Source: Candidatus Latescibacterota bacterium (GTDB lineage Bacteria > Latescibacterota > UBA2968). From it: 64,000 nucleotides of DNA. A program made the position numbers and the translations under genes. This document shows positions 34,217 to 44,750 of the stretch, one piece after another (within the stretch, counting starts at the first letter, position 1; the number at the start of each line of letters is the position of its first letter). Location: positions 480,001-544,000 of the forward strand of contig OZ240241.1 of the NCBI GenBank assembly GCA_965198115.1. The letters run 5' to 3'. The notes beneath the pieces are model-generated. The model was not told where the DNA came from and made no database searches. It saw only the letters and a program-made list of their open reading frames with translations.

Positions 34217-36046
34217 TCACCGACCCAACTGATCCATGCCCGCAAGGGCGGATGGATGATCGGGTGCGACAGCGAGGACGCTTTCCCAATGGGTCCGCGC
34301 TTCTGCTTCACGATGGAATGTGTAGGCGACCCAGCCGAGCGCGGCCCGTGCGTTAAGGGTGGATGGATCGGCCTCGATGGCGTCCACATACGCTTTGCCT
34401 GCCTCCTCGTATCGTCCCGATTTGAAGAGGATGTTTCCGAGATTCGTGTGGGCCTCCGAGAATCCGGGGTTGAGCTGGATGGCGCGCCGATAGGCCTTCT
34501 CCGCCGATGCAACATCTCCCGTGGCAACGTAAGCCGCACCGAGGTTGTAATAAAGACTGGGAAAGCTCCCACCCGCGTCGCGCGCCTTCTCGAACCACGG
34601 GAGGGCGCGGGCGAAATCGCCGGCATAGACGTATGAGGTGGCGAGGTTGAAGGGGTCGGCGCTTCGATCGACGGGCCAGAGTGCACGTTCCGCCCGGTAG
34701 GCGAACACGAGAACCGCGAGTACCGCGGCCGATGGAAGTAGAGACCGCCATCGACCCCTGCGGTAGGCGTCGATGAGAATCGATAGACCGACTCCGGCGA
34801 AACAGGCGACGACCGGGAGTGCCGGCGTGCGATACCGGCCAGAGACGTGGAAAGCTATCACCGTGGCCGCATAGGCGCCCAGGATGACGATCCAATCTCG
34901 CGACAGTCGTCTTCTGCGGATGATGTGGACCACGCCCATCACGGCGAGTGGGTAGATGAGCCACAACTGTCCGATTGGCAGGTTCAATGCGGGGCTGAAC
35001 TGTCGTTGATATTCATACGTGTAGTTGAGGGGTTGTTCGTGGGCGGACAGGAAGAGCCGCATCTTTCGGAGGAGAACACGGCTTGCTTCAATCGGGTCTA
35101 AGACGATGAACAGGAGCCCCTGCCTGAACCAGTAGGAGGAGACTTCGTGGTCCGTCAGGCTGCGGCCGACGTCGGCCTCAGCAAGGCGCCGGGGGCCTTC
35201 CAGATTGCCTCTAGGCGCATCGGGTGTGATGTCCGCTCGCATCCCGAGGGGTGGCTCGAACCACCCGGGTGCCCCTGCGTGGTTGCCCATGTAGAAGTTG
35301 ATGCCTCCGTGCGAGGTCAGGGGTGTCCATACACCCGCGACCATCCCGTTACGCAGCAGTGCGAGCAGCAGAGGCAAAGAGACGCCGAGAATGTGGGGCC
35401 ATCGTCGGATCCACGCCGACCATACCCGCAGCTGACCCTGTTCCAGGAGAGTCCACAGGAAGTAGGTCGGGACAAGCACGAGCGCGTTCGGACGAACCAG
35501 ACCGACGAGTCCAAGACAGAGCCCTGCGATCGCGAGCGGGCGCGGCCGATCCGTCTGGCGCCATTGTTCGGCACAGAACAGAAAGGTCACGATGAGGGAC
35601 ACAGCGAGCGATGTTCCGAGCATCATCGTCTCGTAAAACATCAGCGTTCCAAGAGAGCCGTAAAGGATGCCAGCGGCCAAAGCGGCTGATCGACCGAATC
35701 GACCCTCTACGAGACGATAAATCAGACCCGAACACAGAACGCCAAGAAAGGATTGAAGGATCAGGACGAGCGTTGGAAGGTGACCGACGATCGTGTATAT
35801 GAGACCGACGACGTAGGCGTAAAGGGGTGGCAGGACAAACAACGCCGAGTCGCCGATCCAATCGCCATCCGCAATCCGGAGCGCCCAGTTGTCGAAAATC
35901 TTGGCGTCGGAGATGAGTGTGTCGGCATAGGGGCTTCCGGTAAGGAAGCTGTAGAGGTTGATGATGCGGAGGAGCGTTGCCCAGGCGATGACGATCGCGA
36001 GGCGAGGGATTCGAGGTGGCGGGCTATTGTGACGTGATGATGGCAT
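34217..36046 (-). CDS. GT-C fold glycosyltransferase (family 39/ArnT-like) with C-terminal TPRs
   Basis: SDAKIFD.WA..I, PPLYAY, LVRPN, GINFYMGN, RYR.P, then TPR repeats. Confidence 0.85.
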   Translation of the reverse strand: MPSSRHNSPPPRIPRLAIVIAWATLLRIINLYSFLTGSPYADTLISDAKIFDNWALRIADGDWIGDSALFVLPPLYAYVVGLIYTIVGHLPTLVLILQSFLGVLCSGLIYRLVEGRFGRSAALAAGILYGSLGTLMFYETMMLGTSLAVSLIVTFLFCAEQWRQTDRPRPLAIAGLCLGLVGLVRPNALVLVPTYFLWTLLEQGQLRVWSAWIRRWPHILGVSLPLLLALLRNGMVAGVWTPLTSHGGINFYMGNHAGAPGWFEPPLGMRADITPDAPRGNLEGPRRLAEADVGRSLTDHEVSSYWFRQGLLFIVLDPIEASRVLLRKMRLFLSAHEQPLNYTYEYQRQFSPALNLPIGQLWLIYPLAVMGVVHIIRRRRLSRDWIVILGAYAATVIAFHVSGRYRTPALPVVACFAGVGLSILIDAYRRGRWRSLLPSAAVLAVLVFAYRAERALWPVDRSADPFNLATSYVYAGDFARALPWFEKARDAGGSFPSLYYNLGAAYVATGDVASAEKAYRRAIQLNPGFSEAHTNLGNILFKSGRYEEAGKAYVDAIEADPSTLNARAALGWVAYTFHREAEARTHWESVLAVAPDHPSALAGMDQLGR

Positions 36047-36094
36047 CGATCGTACGGTTGGTGGCGAGTTGTGTCGCAGCAAGGACCTGGTCAG

Positions 36095-36123
36095 AGGGTA
36101 TGCGGAGGCCGGTGTAGTGTCAA
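36095..36123 (-). promoter_or_regulatory. Sigma70-like promoter for the GT39 cluster
   Basis: TTGACA-17 nt-TACCCT on the minus strand. Confidence 0.45.
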
Positions 36124-36128
36124 CCGTC

Positions 36129-37298
36129 TAGTGTCACGTCCCAGGAATAACTAGAAAAATATTCGATTCTGTCGTATGGTTCCTCAAGCACTCATTCTTG
36201 GGAGGAACCGATGGCTAGAGGTCGTCCGTTACAGCCACTGAACATCAGTGATGAGGTCCACGATCAACTCGAGTCATTGTCTCGTTCGCGTAGCATGTCT
36301 CACGCTTTGGTGCGTCGCGCGAAGATCGTCTTGATGAGCGATTGCGGTCTGACCAATCAGGAGATCGCGGAACGAGTCGGGTTGTCCGGAGCGTCTGTCG
36401 GCAAGTGGCGTCGTCGCTTCTGCGAGCAAGGCTTGATGGGACTGTATGACGAATTGCGTCCTGGAGGGCCACGGTCGGTCAGCGACGAAGAGATCTCCTC
36501 CCTCATCTACAAGACGCTCAAGAAGCAACCGAAGGGTGCCACCCACTGGACCTGTCGTTCGATGGCCGACGAGACGGGGCTCTCCAAGTCCTCGGTTCAA
36601 CGTGTATGGAAAGCTTTTGGACTGCAACCGCATCGACAGAAGCACTTCAAACTGTCGAACGATCCCTTCTTCGTCGAGAAAGTCAGGGATATCGTCGGTC
36701 TATACCTGAACCCACCGGACAACGCGATGGTGCTCTGTGTAGACGAGAAGAGCCAGATTCAAGCACTCGAACGGACACAACCGATTCTTCCTTTGGGTCT
36801 CGGATACGTCGAGGGCGTCACTCACAGCTATATCCGGAACGGCACGACCACCCTCTTTGCAGCGCTCAACATCGCATCCGGCAAAGTTCTGACTCAGTGC
36901 AAGCCCAGACACCGCAACAAAGAGTTCCTTCAGTTCCTCAAGCACATCGACAAGAACGTCCCAAAGGATCTCGACATCCATCTGGTCGTCGATAATTACG
37001 GCACGCACAAGCACCCGAACGTCAAGCGTTGGCTCGCCTCACGGAAACGATATCACGTGCACTACACACCAACATATGCCTCCTGGCTGAACCAGGTAGA
37101 GATCTGGTTCGGTATCATCACCCAAAGAGCCATTCGACGAGGCACCTTCAGAAGCGTCAAGGACCTGATCGCCTGCATCAAGAAATTCACTGATCACTAC
37201 AACGAGAATTCTACACCCTTCGTCTGGACCGCCACGGCAGATTCAATCCTCGAGAAAGTCCATAAACTTTTGAAGCTTATACGCGGGACGTGACACTA
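36129..37298 (+). mobile_element. IS630-family element type B (transposase 36211-37293)
   Basis: TIR tagtgtcacgtccc / gggacgtgacacta in CTAG target; CVDEKSQIQAL, VDNYGTHK, SWLNQVE. Confidence 0.95.
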
Positions 37299-37460
37299 GT
37301 GGCCTGTCACGAAAGTAGCACTGGACTTTTGCTGCCAGACTGAGCGGCGTCAGTTCGAGCACCTCGGCTTCGCTCGGCACAGGCTCCGTCGAGAACACGC
37401 CCATTACGAATCTCCTGCTCTCTCCTGATTCTAAAGGGCGATTAACGTAGCAGCCCACTA
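37297..37460. mobile_element. IS630-type MITE carrying REP hairpin D (37348-37401)
   Basis: TAGTGGCCTGTCACG versus TAGTGGGCTGCTACG (reverse complement of right end), CTAG at both ends. Confidence 0.6.
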
Positions 37461-37532
37461 GTACAGGAGGCGAGGATGGTCACATCGGACCGGAAGTAGA
37501 TCCATCAGATTGGCTATGTGTCCGTGCCGCAC

Positions 37533-37575
37533 AAAAAAAGAAACGGCGGCAGGACTCGCGTCCCACCGCCGTTCT
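37533..37575 (-). terminator. Intrinsic terminator of the TBDR-PorV operon
   Basis: aacggcgg...ccgccgtt stem plus T-run on the minus strand. Confidence 0.75.
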
Positions 37576-37596
37576 CGTAAACTGACGTTCTTCGTG

Positions 37597-38685
37597 TTAG
37601 AACGTAACCGCCACGGTGAACATCTGGACGGCATCGAAGAACTCGGAGAGGAAGTGCTTGTAAGCATAGTCGGCGCGGAAACCGCGTCCTTCCTCGTTTG
37701 CCCAGTTGAAGCCGCCACCGAGGGAGTAATCTTCGGTGTCGTGGTTGAACTTGTAGCCACCTCGCAACGCGAAGCCGATGGACTGATCGGGTCGTTTGTA
37801 GCGGTATTCTGTCCCGAAGAGCCATCTTTCGTCGAAGTCGATTGGGGAGTCGATTTCGGCGATGATGTCGAAATGGTGGGGTACCGGCGTGCTGCCGCCC
37901 ATGGAAATGGCGTCGATCACGAGCCCGAGGCGAAACGCCCTCGGAAGCTCGAACCGCTCACGCTGATACTCTTTCTCTTCGCTGAAGTTCCGAACACTCA
38001 TGGCGAGCACCGTGTTCCGGAACCCGGTGTTGAAGTAGGTTCCCAGATCAACGGATACGGCGTTGATGTCCGCCGAGCCCGAAGGCAGCGGCAGCTCCTG
38101 GTGCGCCAGACGGAGCATTGCACCGACGCTGAATCGGTCGGTGATCTGGAAGCCCCATCCAGCGGAGAGGGCGTAGTCGGTGGTACTGAATGTGCCTGTA
38201 GATGTGAAACCCTCGCTAGCTGGGTTGGGATCAATGGCGGTACCGTTGATCGACCCCGAGTCGTGGGTGATGAATCCGACACCGAAGCTTCCCGGGATGC
38301 CTTCGAACTGCATCACGACACCGCCGACGTCGTGCTTGGTGTTGGCGATCCACTCGGCGTGTGTGAAGAACACCTCACGGTTGTAGGCGAAGCCGAGCAA
38401 GCCGGGGTTCAAGAACACTGCGCCCGGCCCGTCGCCGACGAGCCCCGTACCGGCGTCGGCCAAAGCCGCACGCCGCGCATCGGTGGGAAAGCCGAGGAAG
38501 ATCAGTCCGCTCTGTGCCACCTTGACGGCCGAGGGTCTGGCTTCCTCCTGGTTGGGATAGGTGGGTCCGATGTCCCGGATGAGGGTGCCCCCGAGGACGC
38601 GCGGATCGACGAACTGTGCGTCGGCCTGGGCAATGGGCAGGGCCATCGCCAGCAGGCAGACCCAGATCAACTTTCGATATGTCAC
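37597..38685 (-). CDS. PorV/PorQ-family outer-membrane beta-barrel
   Basis: Signal peptide, FLGFPTDAR.AAL, NPGLL, DLGTYF, VRNF, LPRAFRLG, LRGGY, DYAY, terminal Phe. Confidence 0.85.
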   Translation of the reverse strand: MTYRKLIWVCLLAMALPIAQADAQFVDPRVLGGTLIRDIGPTYPNQEEARPSAVKVAQSGLIFLGFPTDARRAALADAGTGLVGDGPGAVFLNPGLLGFAYNREVFFTHAEWIANTKHDVGGVVMQFEGIPGSFGVGFITHDSGSINGTAIDPNPASEGFTSTGTFSTTDYALSAGWGFQITDRFSVGAMLRLAHQELPLPSGSADINAVSVDLGTYFNTGFRNTVLAMSVRNFSEEKEYQRERFELPRAFRLGLVIDAISMGGSTPVPHHFDIIAEIDSPIDFDERWLFGTEYRYKRPDQSIGFALRGGYKFNHDTEDYSLGGGFNWANEEGRGFRADYAYKHFLSEFFDAVQMFTVAVTF

Positions 38686-38713
38686 AACTGCCTCCTTGTT
38701 GGTCTCAGGGTGC

Positions 38714-41044
38714 CTACCGGACGACGACGAACTTCTCGATGTCGCTCTGGCCCGAGGCTGGATCCGTGATGTGGGCGACGTAGATGCCGCTCACGATGAA
38801 CTGGTTGTTGTCGTTGGCCATCAACGCCCACTCCTCGTCGCCGGAACCGGAGGTGTGATCGAGACGCGTGACAAGGTCGCCATTCAGCGTGAAGATGCGA
38901 ATGATGGCGTTGGCCGGCAGGTTCACGAAAAGCAGCTTGTTGGGCTGCCCCGTAAAGTTCGTGCCGCCCCCCGCGAGGTCACCACCCAGAATGCTGTAGG
39001 GGTTGGGGACCACGCGAACCTGCGCAAGATCGTTGACGGGTTCCGAGAAGGAACTGACACCGGTGCCGCCGTTGCGTGTGGCAAAGATGCTGCTTTCCTG
39101 CCCTTCGGCGTCCACGGCGGTGACCGCGTAGAAGTTGCGTTCGCCGCGGATGACGTCCGTGTCTGTGAAGCTGGTGCCTGTGAGCAGCGTTGAGCCGTTA
39201 AGCGGTACTGGCGGGTCCGCCAGATTGGTTTCGTGACCCGCCATCCTGTAGAGGTTGTATCCGACGGCCCCTGTTGCGGTGCCCCAGGAAATCTCGTTCT
39301 GCTCCGGACCCGAATTGTAGGTTGCCGTTGTGGGCCACGACGGTCCTAGCGGAAGGCTGGGCGACCAGCCGATCGGCCAGATAATGGGGGTTGTCGTCCC
39401 CCCTTCCACGTTTCCGGGAACCTCGACTCGATTCGCCCAGGCCTGGCGCGCCTGATCCACGCCCTGCATCAGAGAGTCCAGACCACTGTCGAGAAAAGCC
39501 TCCTTCTCGGCGAACGAGATGGCGCCGGAGGACCACTGGCCTCCCACAAGCTGGTTGTCGGTGGTGTGTGGGCCGGCCACGATCCAGGCTTCCACCGTGT
39601 GGACCCACTGATCTTGGAGGAGGGTCCACGGCCCCCAGGTCACTTCGTAGGTGTGATCCGCCACTTCGGTGGGCTGGAAGTCTGGCGCATCGCTGGCTGC
39701 TGTCGCGATCCGTTCCGCCCGGGTGGTGAGGCCGGGCTGCACGATGAAATCGTAGGTCTGGTCCCGGGTGTTTCCGTCCGTGGAAACCCAGTTGTTGCCG
39801 TCGACCCGTTGTAGGCCGTGTGGCTGGGCCGTATCGTCGGTGGGTGCTATCTGGCTAATTGCATTGTTGGAATCGTCGAAATCCTGGAAACCCATAGGTT
39901 CCATAGAAGCATACAGCCAGAGCTTCCCTTTGTACTCGCTCTCCATAAACTCGCCCGCCGTGATTCGGGCCTCGGCGGCCAAAGTGAGCGACTGGTGACC
40001 GGATGGTGGCGCCGGCTCTCCACGGTCGTCGCCGTCGGACCGATAGCCCGCTGCGATGGCCGAATCGCCGTCGCGGCCGTAGAGCAGCACCGCCCTCGGA
40101 CCGCTCCCGGATGCTGCTTGTCCGCCCTCCGGAGCATTGAAGGGCGGGAGTGCGTCAGCGGCAGGGATCGTTCGCGTCAGGTTGTCCTCGAAGAAATAGA
40201 GCTCGTCCCATTCGCCCACGGCACCGAGGTTGGCCACCTTGTGTCTCGACCCCGACTCAATATCCCCTGAGGCCCTGACTTCGCCGGCGGGGCCCTGCCC
40301 ATTACCCCTGAGGAACATGACGTTCCCCGCGATGTAAAGGCCGGCGAAATCGTTTGCGTCGACATCCGATTGTAACATCGTGTCCGCACCCCGCGGGCCC
40401 ACTCTCTGGTCGGGCTGCCAGGACGGAGTCGGGCGGCCGTAACTCCGAATCAGGATGAACATTTGATCCTGCTCCGGACTCTGCCAGGCGTAGAGCCTTC
40501 TTCGCTCGGTGATGCCCCCCGCGTAGCTGACCTCCAGGGGGATCAACAGATCGGCGGTCAGGCTTGGCACCACCTGGTCCTTCCGGCTGTCGAAGAGGGT
40601 CCACCGCGTTTGCCCGAAGTTCACCCCATCCTGCGTGACTGTCGGCGGCGCGTTGCGGAAAATCTTCGGGCTGATTCCGTCACCGCCTGTCTCGAAGTAG
40701 GTGCGCGAGAAATCCAGAGCGTCGGCTTTGTGGTCGAGCACCATCTTTCCAACGTTCGTGCCGAACAACTCTCTGTTGGCGGCCGCAAACGGTTCGAAAT
40801 ATGACGGCGTTGTGAAGTTGTCTACGGCGTAGGCCCACAGTCCGTCCATAATCCGAGCATTCTCGACGGCAACGTCGGGATTTGTCACGTTCGTCGCTCG
40901 ACCGCCAGGGCTGCTAAGACTGACGTAATAGTCGATGTTGGGCCAGATGCCCCACATCCGTCCAATCCATTGCGCGCCGGCATCTCCAGAGGGAGCGAGG
41001 AGCCCCGCGCAAAACAATAGTATCAAGAGTATTCTGTGTGTCAC
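38714..41044 (-). CDS. Secreted protein with FN3 domain and T9SS/FlgD-like C-terminal sorting domain
   Basis: Signal peptide; GYNLYR..FTD...FYAVTAVD; VRVVPNPY..IRIFTLNGDLV..SGIYV..KFVVVR-stop. Confidence 0.8.
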   Translation of the reverse strand: MTHRILLILLFCAGLLAPSGDAGAQWIGRMWGIWPNIDYYVSLSSPGGRATNVTNPDVAVENARIMDGLWAYAVDNFTTPSYFEPFAAANRELFGTNVGKMVLDHKADALDFSRTYFETGGDGISPKIFRNAPPTVTQDGVNFGQTRWTLFDSRKDQVVPSLTADLLIPLEVSYAGGITERRRLYAWQSPEQDQMFILIRSYGRPTPSWQPDQRVGPRGADTMLQSDVDANDFAGLYIAGNVMFLRGNGQGPAGEVRASGDIESGSRHKVANLGAVGEWDELYFFEDNLTRTIPAADALPPFNAPEGGQAASGSGPRAVLLYGRDGDSAIAAGYRSDGDDRGEPAPPSGHQSLTLAAEARITAGEFMESEYKGKLWLYASMEPMGFQDFDDSNNAISQIAPTDDTAQPHGLQRVDGNNWVSTDGNTRDQTYDFIVQPGLTTRAERIATAASDAPDFQPTEVADHTYEVTWGPWTLLQDQWVHTVEAWIVAGPHTTDNQLVGGQWSSGAISFAEKEAFLDSGLDSLMQGVDQARQAWANRVEVPGNVEGGTTTPIIWPIGWSPSLPLGPSWPTTATYNSGPEQNEISWGTATGAVGYNLYRMAGHETNLADPPVPLNGSTLLTGTSFTDTDVIRGERNFYAVTAVDAEGQESSIFATRNGGTGVSSFSEPVNDLAQVRVVPNPYSILGGDLAGGGTNFTGQPNKLLFVNLPANAIIRIFTLNGDLVTRLDHTSGSGDEEWALMANDNNQFIVSGIYVAHITDPASGQSDIEKFVVVR

Positions 41045-41087
41045 GTTCTTCTCCTATGCGTGAGTTACGTCGGTGTGTTTAGCCAGT

Positions 41088-41129
41088 TCGGCCTTCCCGG
41101 GACCGGCCAGCGGCCCCGGGAAGGACCGA
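41088..41129. other. Intra-operon stem-loop after the TBDR gene
   Basis: ccttcccggg...cccgggaagg, no T-run. Confidence 0.55.
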
Positions 41130-41139
41130 CGAAACCTGC

Positions 41140-44100
41140 CTAGAAGCTGAACCTGGCACCGAAAGTAAAGTCACGTGGATTGCTGTAAATCATGTAGGGC
41201 CGCCGCAGATCCGGGAAGTCCTCGACATCCGTGCCCGGCCGTTTACCTTCGTTGAGATTCCCGTTCGAATCCAGGGTCCACCCGATCGACTCCATGTAGG
41301 CCCTATAGCGGTTCGTCGTGTTCGTACCCGCATATTGGAACGCTTGGCCACCGCCGAAGCTGCCAACCCCATTCCTGGGTGTGTCCTCAGAGTTAACACC
41401 GAAGTCCCCATTGTAATTGCCGCCCGGGGTCGTGTGGGTGTTCTTGAAGTTGAGCGGGTTGGAGATCTCCATAAATATCATCGGAGATCCCTGCATGTCG
41501 AACATCTTGGCAAGACGGATATGCCCCGTGTAGGAGTCCTTCCACTGGGCGTTGAGCTGGTTGATCAGCGAAGCGTCCGAGTTGCCGGGGTTGTAATTGA
41601 AGTAATCGCCCGCTTCACGCTCGAAGTAGAATCCGAGGTTCCACCCGCCCTTGAGCAGGGCCTGGTCGCCACCGTAATCCAGCGGCGTGCGCCAGACACC
41701 GCCGAGCTTGATCTGCGGCTTGGCCTTGAACGGCGGAGCTGCGTTATTCGGGTTGTCCGCGAGTACGCTTCGGTTAACATCCGAGACCGTCTTGACATCG
41801 TAGATCTGACGCCATCCGGCGTTACGAACCCGAGCGACCCGGATGTCCCACGAGAGGAACCCGGTGAAGAACTTGCCCCGCGACTTCTGCAGCTTCAGCT
41901 CGATGCCGCGGGCATCCATAGCGAACGCGTTCTGCGAGAGTCGGGGTCCCCCGTCGTTGAAGGCACCGCGGGTCCGAGAGTCGGCCCAGCCTTCGTTCTC
42001 GAGGTCTTTGAAGTAGACCGTCCCGGTCAGCAGATACGTGCCCTGGAAGCTTCGCTCGTAGCCCATCTCGTACTGGATCGTCCGCTCCATCGACATCCAC
42101 GGGTTCCCGAGGTACTCGAGCGACTGACCCAGACCACTCTGCGTGCGATACATGTCCCGCGTGTTCACCAACTGGTTGAAGTGACCGTAGTTGAGGAACA
42201 TCTTGCTGAGCGTCGTGATCGGGTACGAAACGCCGAACCTCGGGCTGAATGCGTAATCGGTCGGCGGCCTGACTTTACGAGCAGCCGCGTAGACCTGCTC
42301 CGCACGCCGGCCGAACCACGGGAAATGCGTTTCGTTCGGCAGGTCGAAGAAGAGGTCGGGGCGGTGCCAGTCAAACCGGAAGCCTGCGTTGGCCACGATC
42401 GACCGATACTCCATCCTGTCCTGGAAGAAGACCCCACCGTAGATCGGGGTCTCCACCCAGTAGTTGTTGTGGTCACCGGTCGCGCCGCCCGTGGGCACCT
42501 CGACTTCGGGGCGCCACGGATAGATCTCGTTACCCGTTGCAGAAATTCGAGGCCCACTATACTCGTCCTTGTAGATGGGATCGGCGAATTCCGGCACGGC
42601 CGCAGGCACGTAGCCCCGGTTCTCGTGGAGGTGGAAATGATGGATCTGGACGCCCGCCTTCATCTGGTGGTTGGGCGTGACCTGGCTGGTGATGTCGAGC
42701 GTGAAGTCGTTCTCCCAGATCGACGACCAGTCGCCGGCGCGGCTGTGGCCCCCACCGCCCTGCATTCTGTAGATGCTCAGAATGTCATTGCCACCGGGTT
42801 TGTAGTTCCAGCCAAAGGGCGCCTCGTTCAGGACGACGGCCCCCGAGGCCGATGCGGCGGCTGCGGCGGCGGCATCATTTATCTGCGTTCGAGCGCCGCT
42901 GGTGCTGATTGCCACGGCGGGGGCGGAGGTGTTCTTGAACGGGTGCCACTTTTTGGTCCAGTCCACGCTCCCGAAGCGCGCCGTGAAGTTGTAGAATGTC
43001 TTCGGCGAAAGCGTGTGCGACCAGTTGATCAACGCGTGGTTGCGGAGAATCTCCAGCTTCTGGAATTGGGCACCAGGCATCCACATTTGGGTGTTGTCAA
43101 GGGCCTCGAACACAGACTGTACCGTACGGTAGGGGGCTCCGACGTTGTTGAGCCTGTGGCCCCCCTCCTGCCATCCCCGAATGTAGGAGACCTGAAGCTT
43201 CGTAGACGCAAAAGGCCGGAAGGTGAGTTTTGCCTGGGTGGTATTGTCTCGATAGGAGGGCAGCGAAACATCGAAGGGATAGGCCATCCGTTCCTTCCGA
43301 GACGAGAACAAGAAGCCCACCTTGTCCCCAAGAAGCGGCCCGCCGACCGTGCCGTCCCACATGTAGTCGGAACCACGATTTTCCGGGTTGGTGTTGAATT
43401 GGCCGCCCTCGGCGAACGGGTCATTCTCATCATAACGCCGATGCTGCCATTCCCAGATCGCTCTGGCCTGGGCCACCGTCGTGATGTTGTCGGTGCCCGA
43501 GGTCCCAGCGTTCCACGTTTTGTCGCCCGCGGTACGATTCGCGAGTTCTTGTGTCCATCCGGTGAAGTCGGGTGTGCCGTCGCCGTTCCTGTCGGGCGTC
43601 GGGGAGTCGGACAGGAAGCGGCCGACGTCCCACCAGTTATCCTCGGAATAAAGGTTCGGCCCGAAGTGCTTTTTCCCGGGGTCACTATAATTGGCTTCGG
43701 CCGAAATGAAGAAATTGGTGGGCTCTTTGGTGACATAGTTGACGACGCCGCCACGCACGTTTCCGTGCTCGGCGTTGAAGCCGCCTGACAGAATCTGGAC
43801 CTGCTTGACTGCTGTCTTTGAAAAAGACGTGTAGGCTCGCCGCTGGCGGTTGTCGTTGGCCGAGACCCCGTCCATGCTGTAGGAGATCTTTTCGGGCTCC
43901 TCACCACGGATCGTGATCCCCCACGCAGCATTGTTGATCCCGACCTGTGAAGCCACCTGATCGCGGATCCTCCCACCGACCGGGATCGCTTCGATCTGGT
44001 CTTGAGTGAGAGCCTGCTGGGCAAAGGACACGTCCATCTGGACGGGGTCCAGATCGGCCGTGACGACCAATTCGTCCAGCTGAGCGTCGGTCTGGCTGAG

Positions 44101-44436
44101 CTCGAAGTCCACAGTCGCGGTACGATCGAGCAGCACGTCAACGCCCGTCCTGTTGAGCGAACGATAACCGACCAGCGACGCCTGGACATTGTAGATGCCG
44201 GGCGGAACCTGAAGAATAAAGTATTCGCCGTTCACACCAGCGGTTCCACCGAGGCGGGTGCCTTCGAGGACGACGTTGGCGCCGGGGAGTGATTCTCCCG
44301 TCGACGCGTCCGTTACCCGTCCGGATACCTTACCCACCGTGGACTGCGCGTCCACACCCGATGGGAAAACTACCAGAGCCAGAATCAGAATCGCGCAGAG
44401 GCCCGGCAGCCGTGTGATCCAAGAGCGATGATTCAT
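41140..44436 (-). CDS. TonB-dependent receptor with N-terminal carboxypeptidase-regulatory-like domain
   Basis: GKVSGRVTDASTGESLPGANV; plug IRG..YSMDGV..SGGFNAEHGN..GGVVN; SPRFGVSYP; terminal FGARFSF. Confidence 0.93.
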   Translation of the reverse strand: MNHRSWITRLPGLCAILILALVVFPSGVDAQSTVGKVSGRVTDASTGESLPGANVVLEGTRLGGTAGVNGEYFILQVPPGIYNVQASLVGYRSLNRTGVDVLLDRTATVDFELSQTDAQLDELVVTADLDPVQMDVSFAQQALTQDQIEAIPVGGRIRDQVASQVGINNAAWGITIRGEEPEKISYSMDGVSANDNRQRRAYTSFSKTAVKQVQILSGGFNAEHGNVRGGVVNYVTKEPTNFFISAEANYSDPGKKHFGPNLYSEDNWWDVGRFLSDSPTPDRNGDGTPDFTGWTQELANRTAGDKTWNAGTSGTDNITTVAQARAIWEWQHRRYDENDPFAEGGQFNTNPENRGSDYMWDGTVGGPLLGDKVGFLFSSRKERMAYPFDVSLPSYRDNTTQAKLTFRPFASTKLQVSYIRGWQEGGHRLNNVGAPYRTVQSVFEALDNTQMWMPGAQFQKLEILRNHALINWSHTLSPKTFYNFTARFGSVDWTKKWHPFKNTSAPAVAISTSGARTQINDAAAAAAASASGAVVLNEAPFGWNYKPGGNDILSIYRMQGGGGHSRAGDWSSIWENDFTLDITSQVTPNHQMKAGVQIHHFHLHENRGYVPAAVPEFADPIYKDEYSGPRISATGNEIYPWRPEVEVPTGGATGDHNNYWVETPIYGGVFFQDRMEYRSIVANAGFRFDWHRPDLFFDLPNETHFPWFGRRAEQVYAAARKVRPPTDYAFSPRFGVSYPITTLSKMFLNYGHFNQLVNTRDMYRTQSGLGQSLEYLGNPWMSMERTIQYEMGYERSFQGTYLLTGTVYFKDLENEGWADSRTRGAFNDGGPRLSQNAFAMDARGIELKLQKSRGKFFTGFLSWDIRVARVRNAGWRQIYDVKTVSDVNRSVLADNPNNAAPPFKAKPQIKLGGVWRTPLDYGGDQALLKGGWNLGFYFEREAGDYFNYNPGNSDASLINQLNAQWKDSYTGHIRLAKMFDMQGSPMIFMEISNPLNFKNTHTTPGGNYNGDFGVNSEDTPRNGVGSFGGGQAFQYAGTNTTNRYRAYMESIGWTLDSNGNLNEGKRPGTDVEDFPDLRRPYMIYSNPRDFTFGARFSF

Positions 44437-44750
44437 GCTTTCCTCCTAAATGAGGTTCTTTCACGATCGACAGTATCCGAAGGGATTTTCCCGGGAGAAA
44501 CCGGCGACCGACGTCACTTTTGCTTCTTTACCGAGGGAGTGAAGATCTACTCAGTCTGATACTACACCTTAAGAGATCTCTTCGATAGAATCCTCCTTAT
44601 AGTGGCCCTCCCAAGGGGAATGAAACATCCAAAAAGCTGTTTTATTTGAACTTAGGATGAAGCGCACCATTCACGGTTTCTGGTTGAATCTAACCCCAAG
44701 ACGACCTTCCCAAACCGCTGCAGGCACACTTTTCCGACCATATCACAGTG

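Noticed and set aside
44437-44750. Cobalamin riboswitch upstream of the TBDR
   Set aside because: Only scattered gggaag/gccact words in the wrong order; core not present
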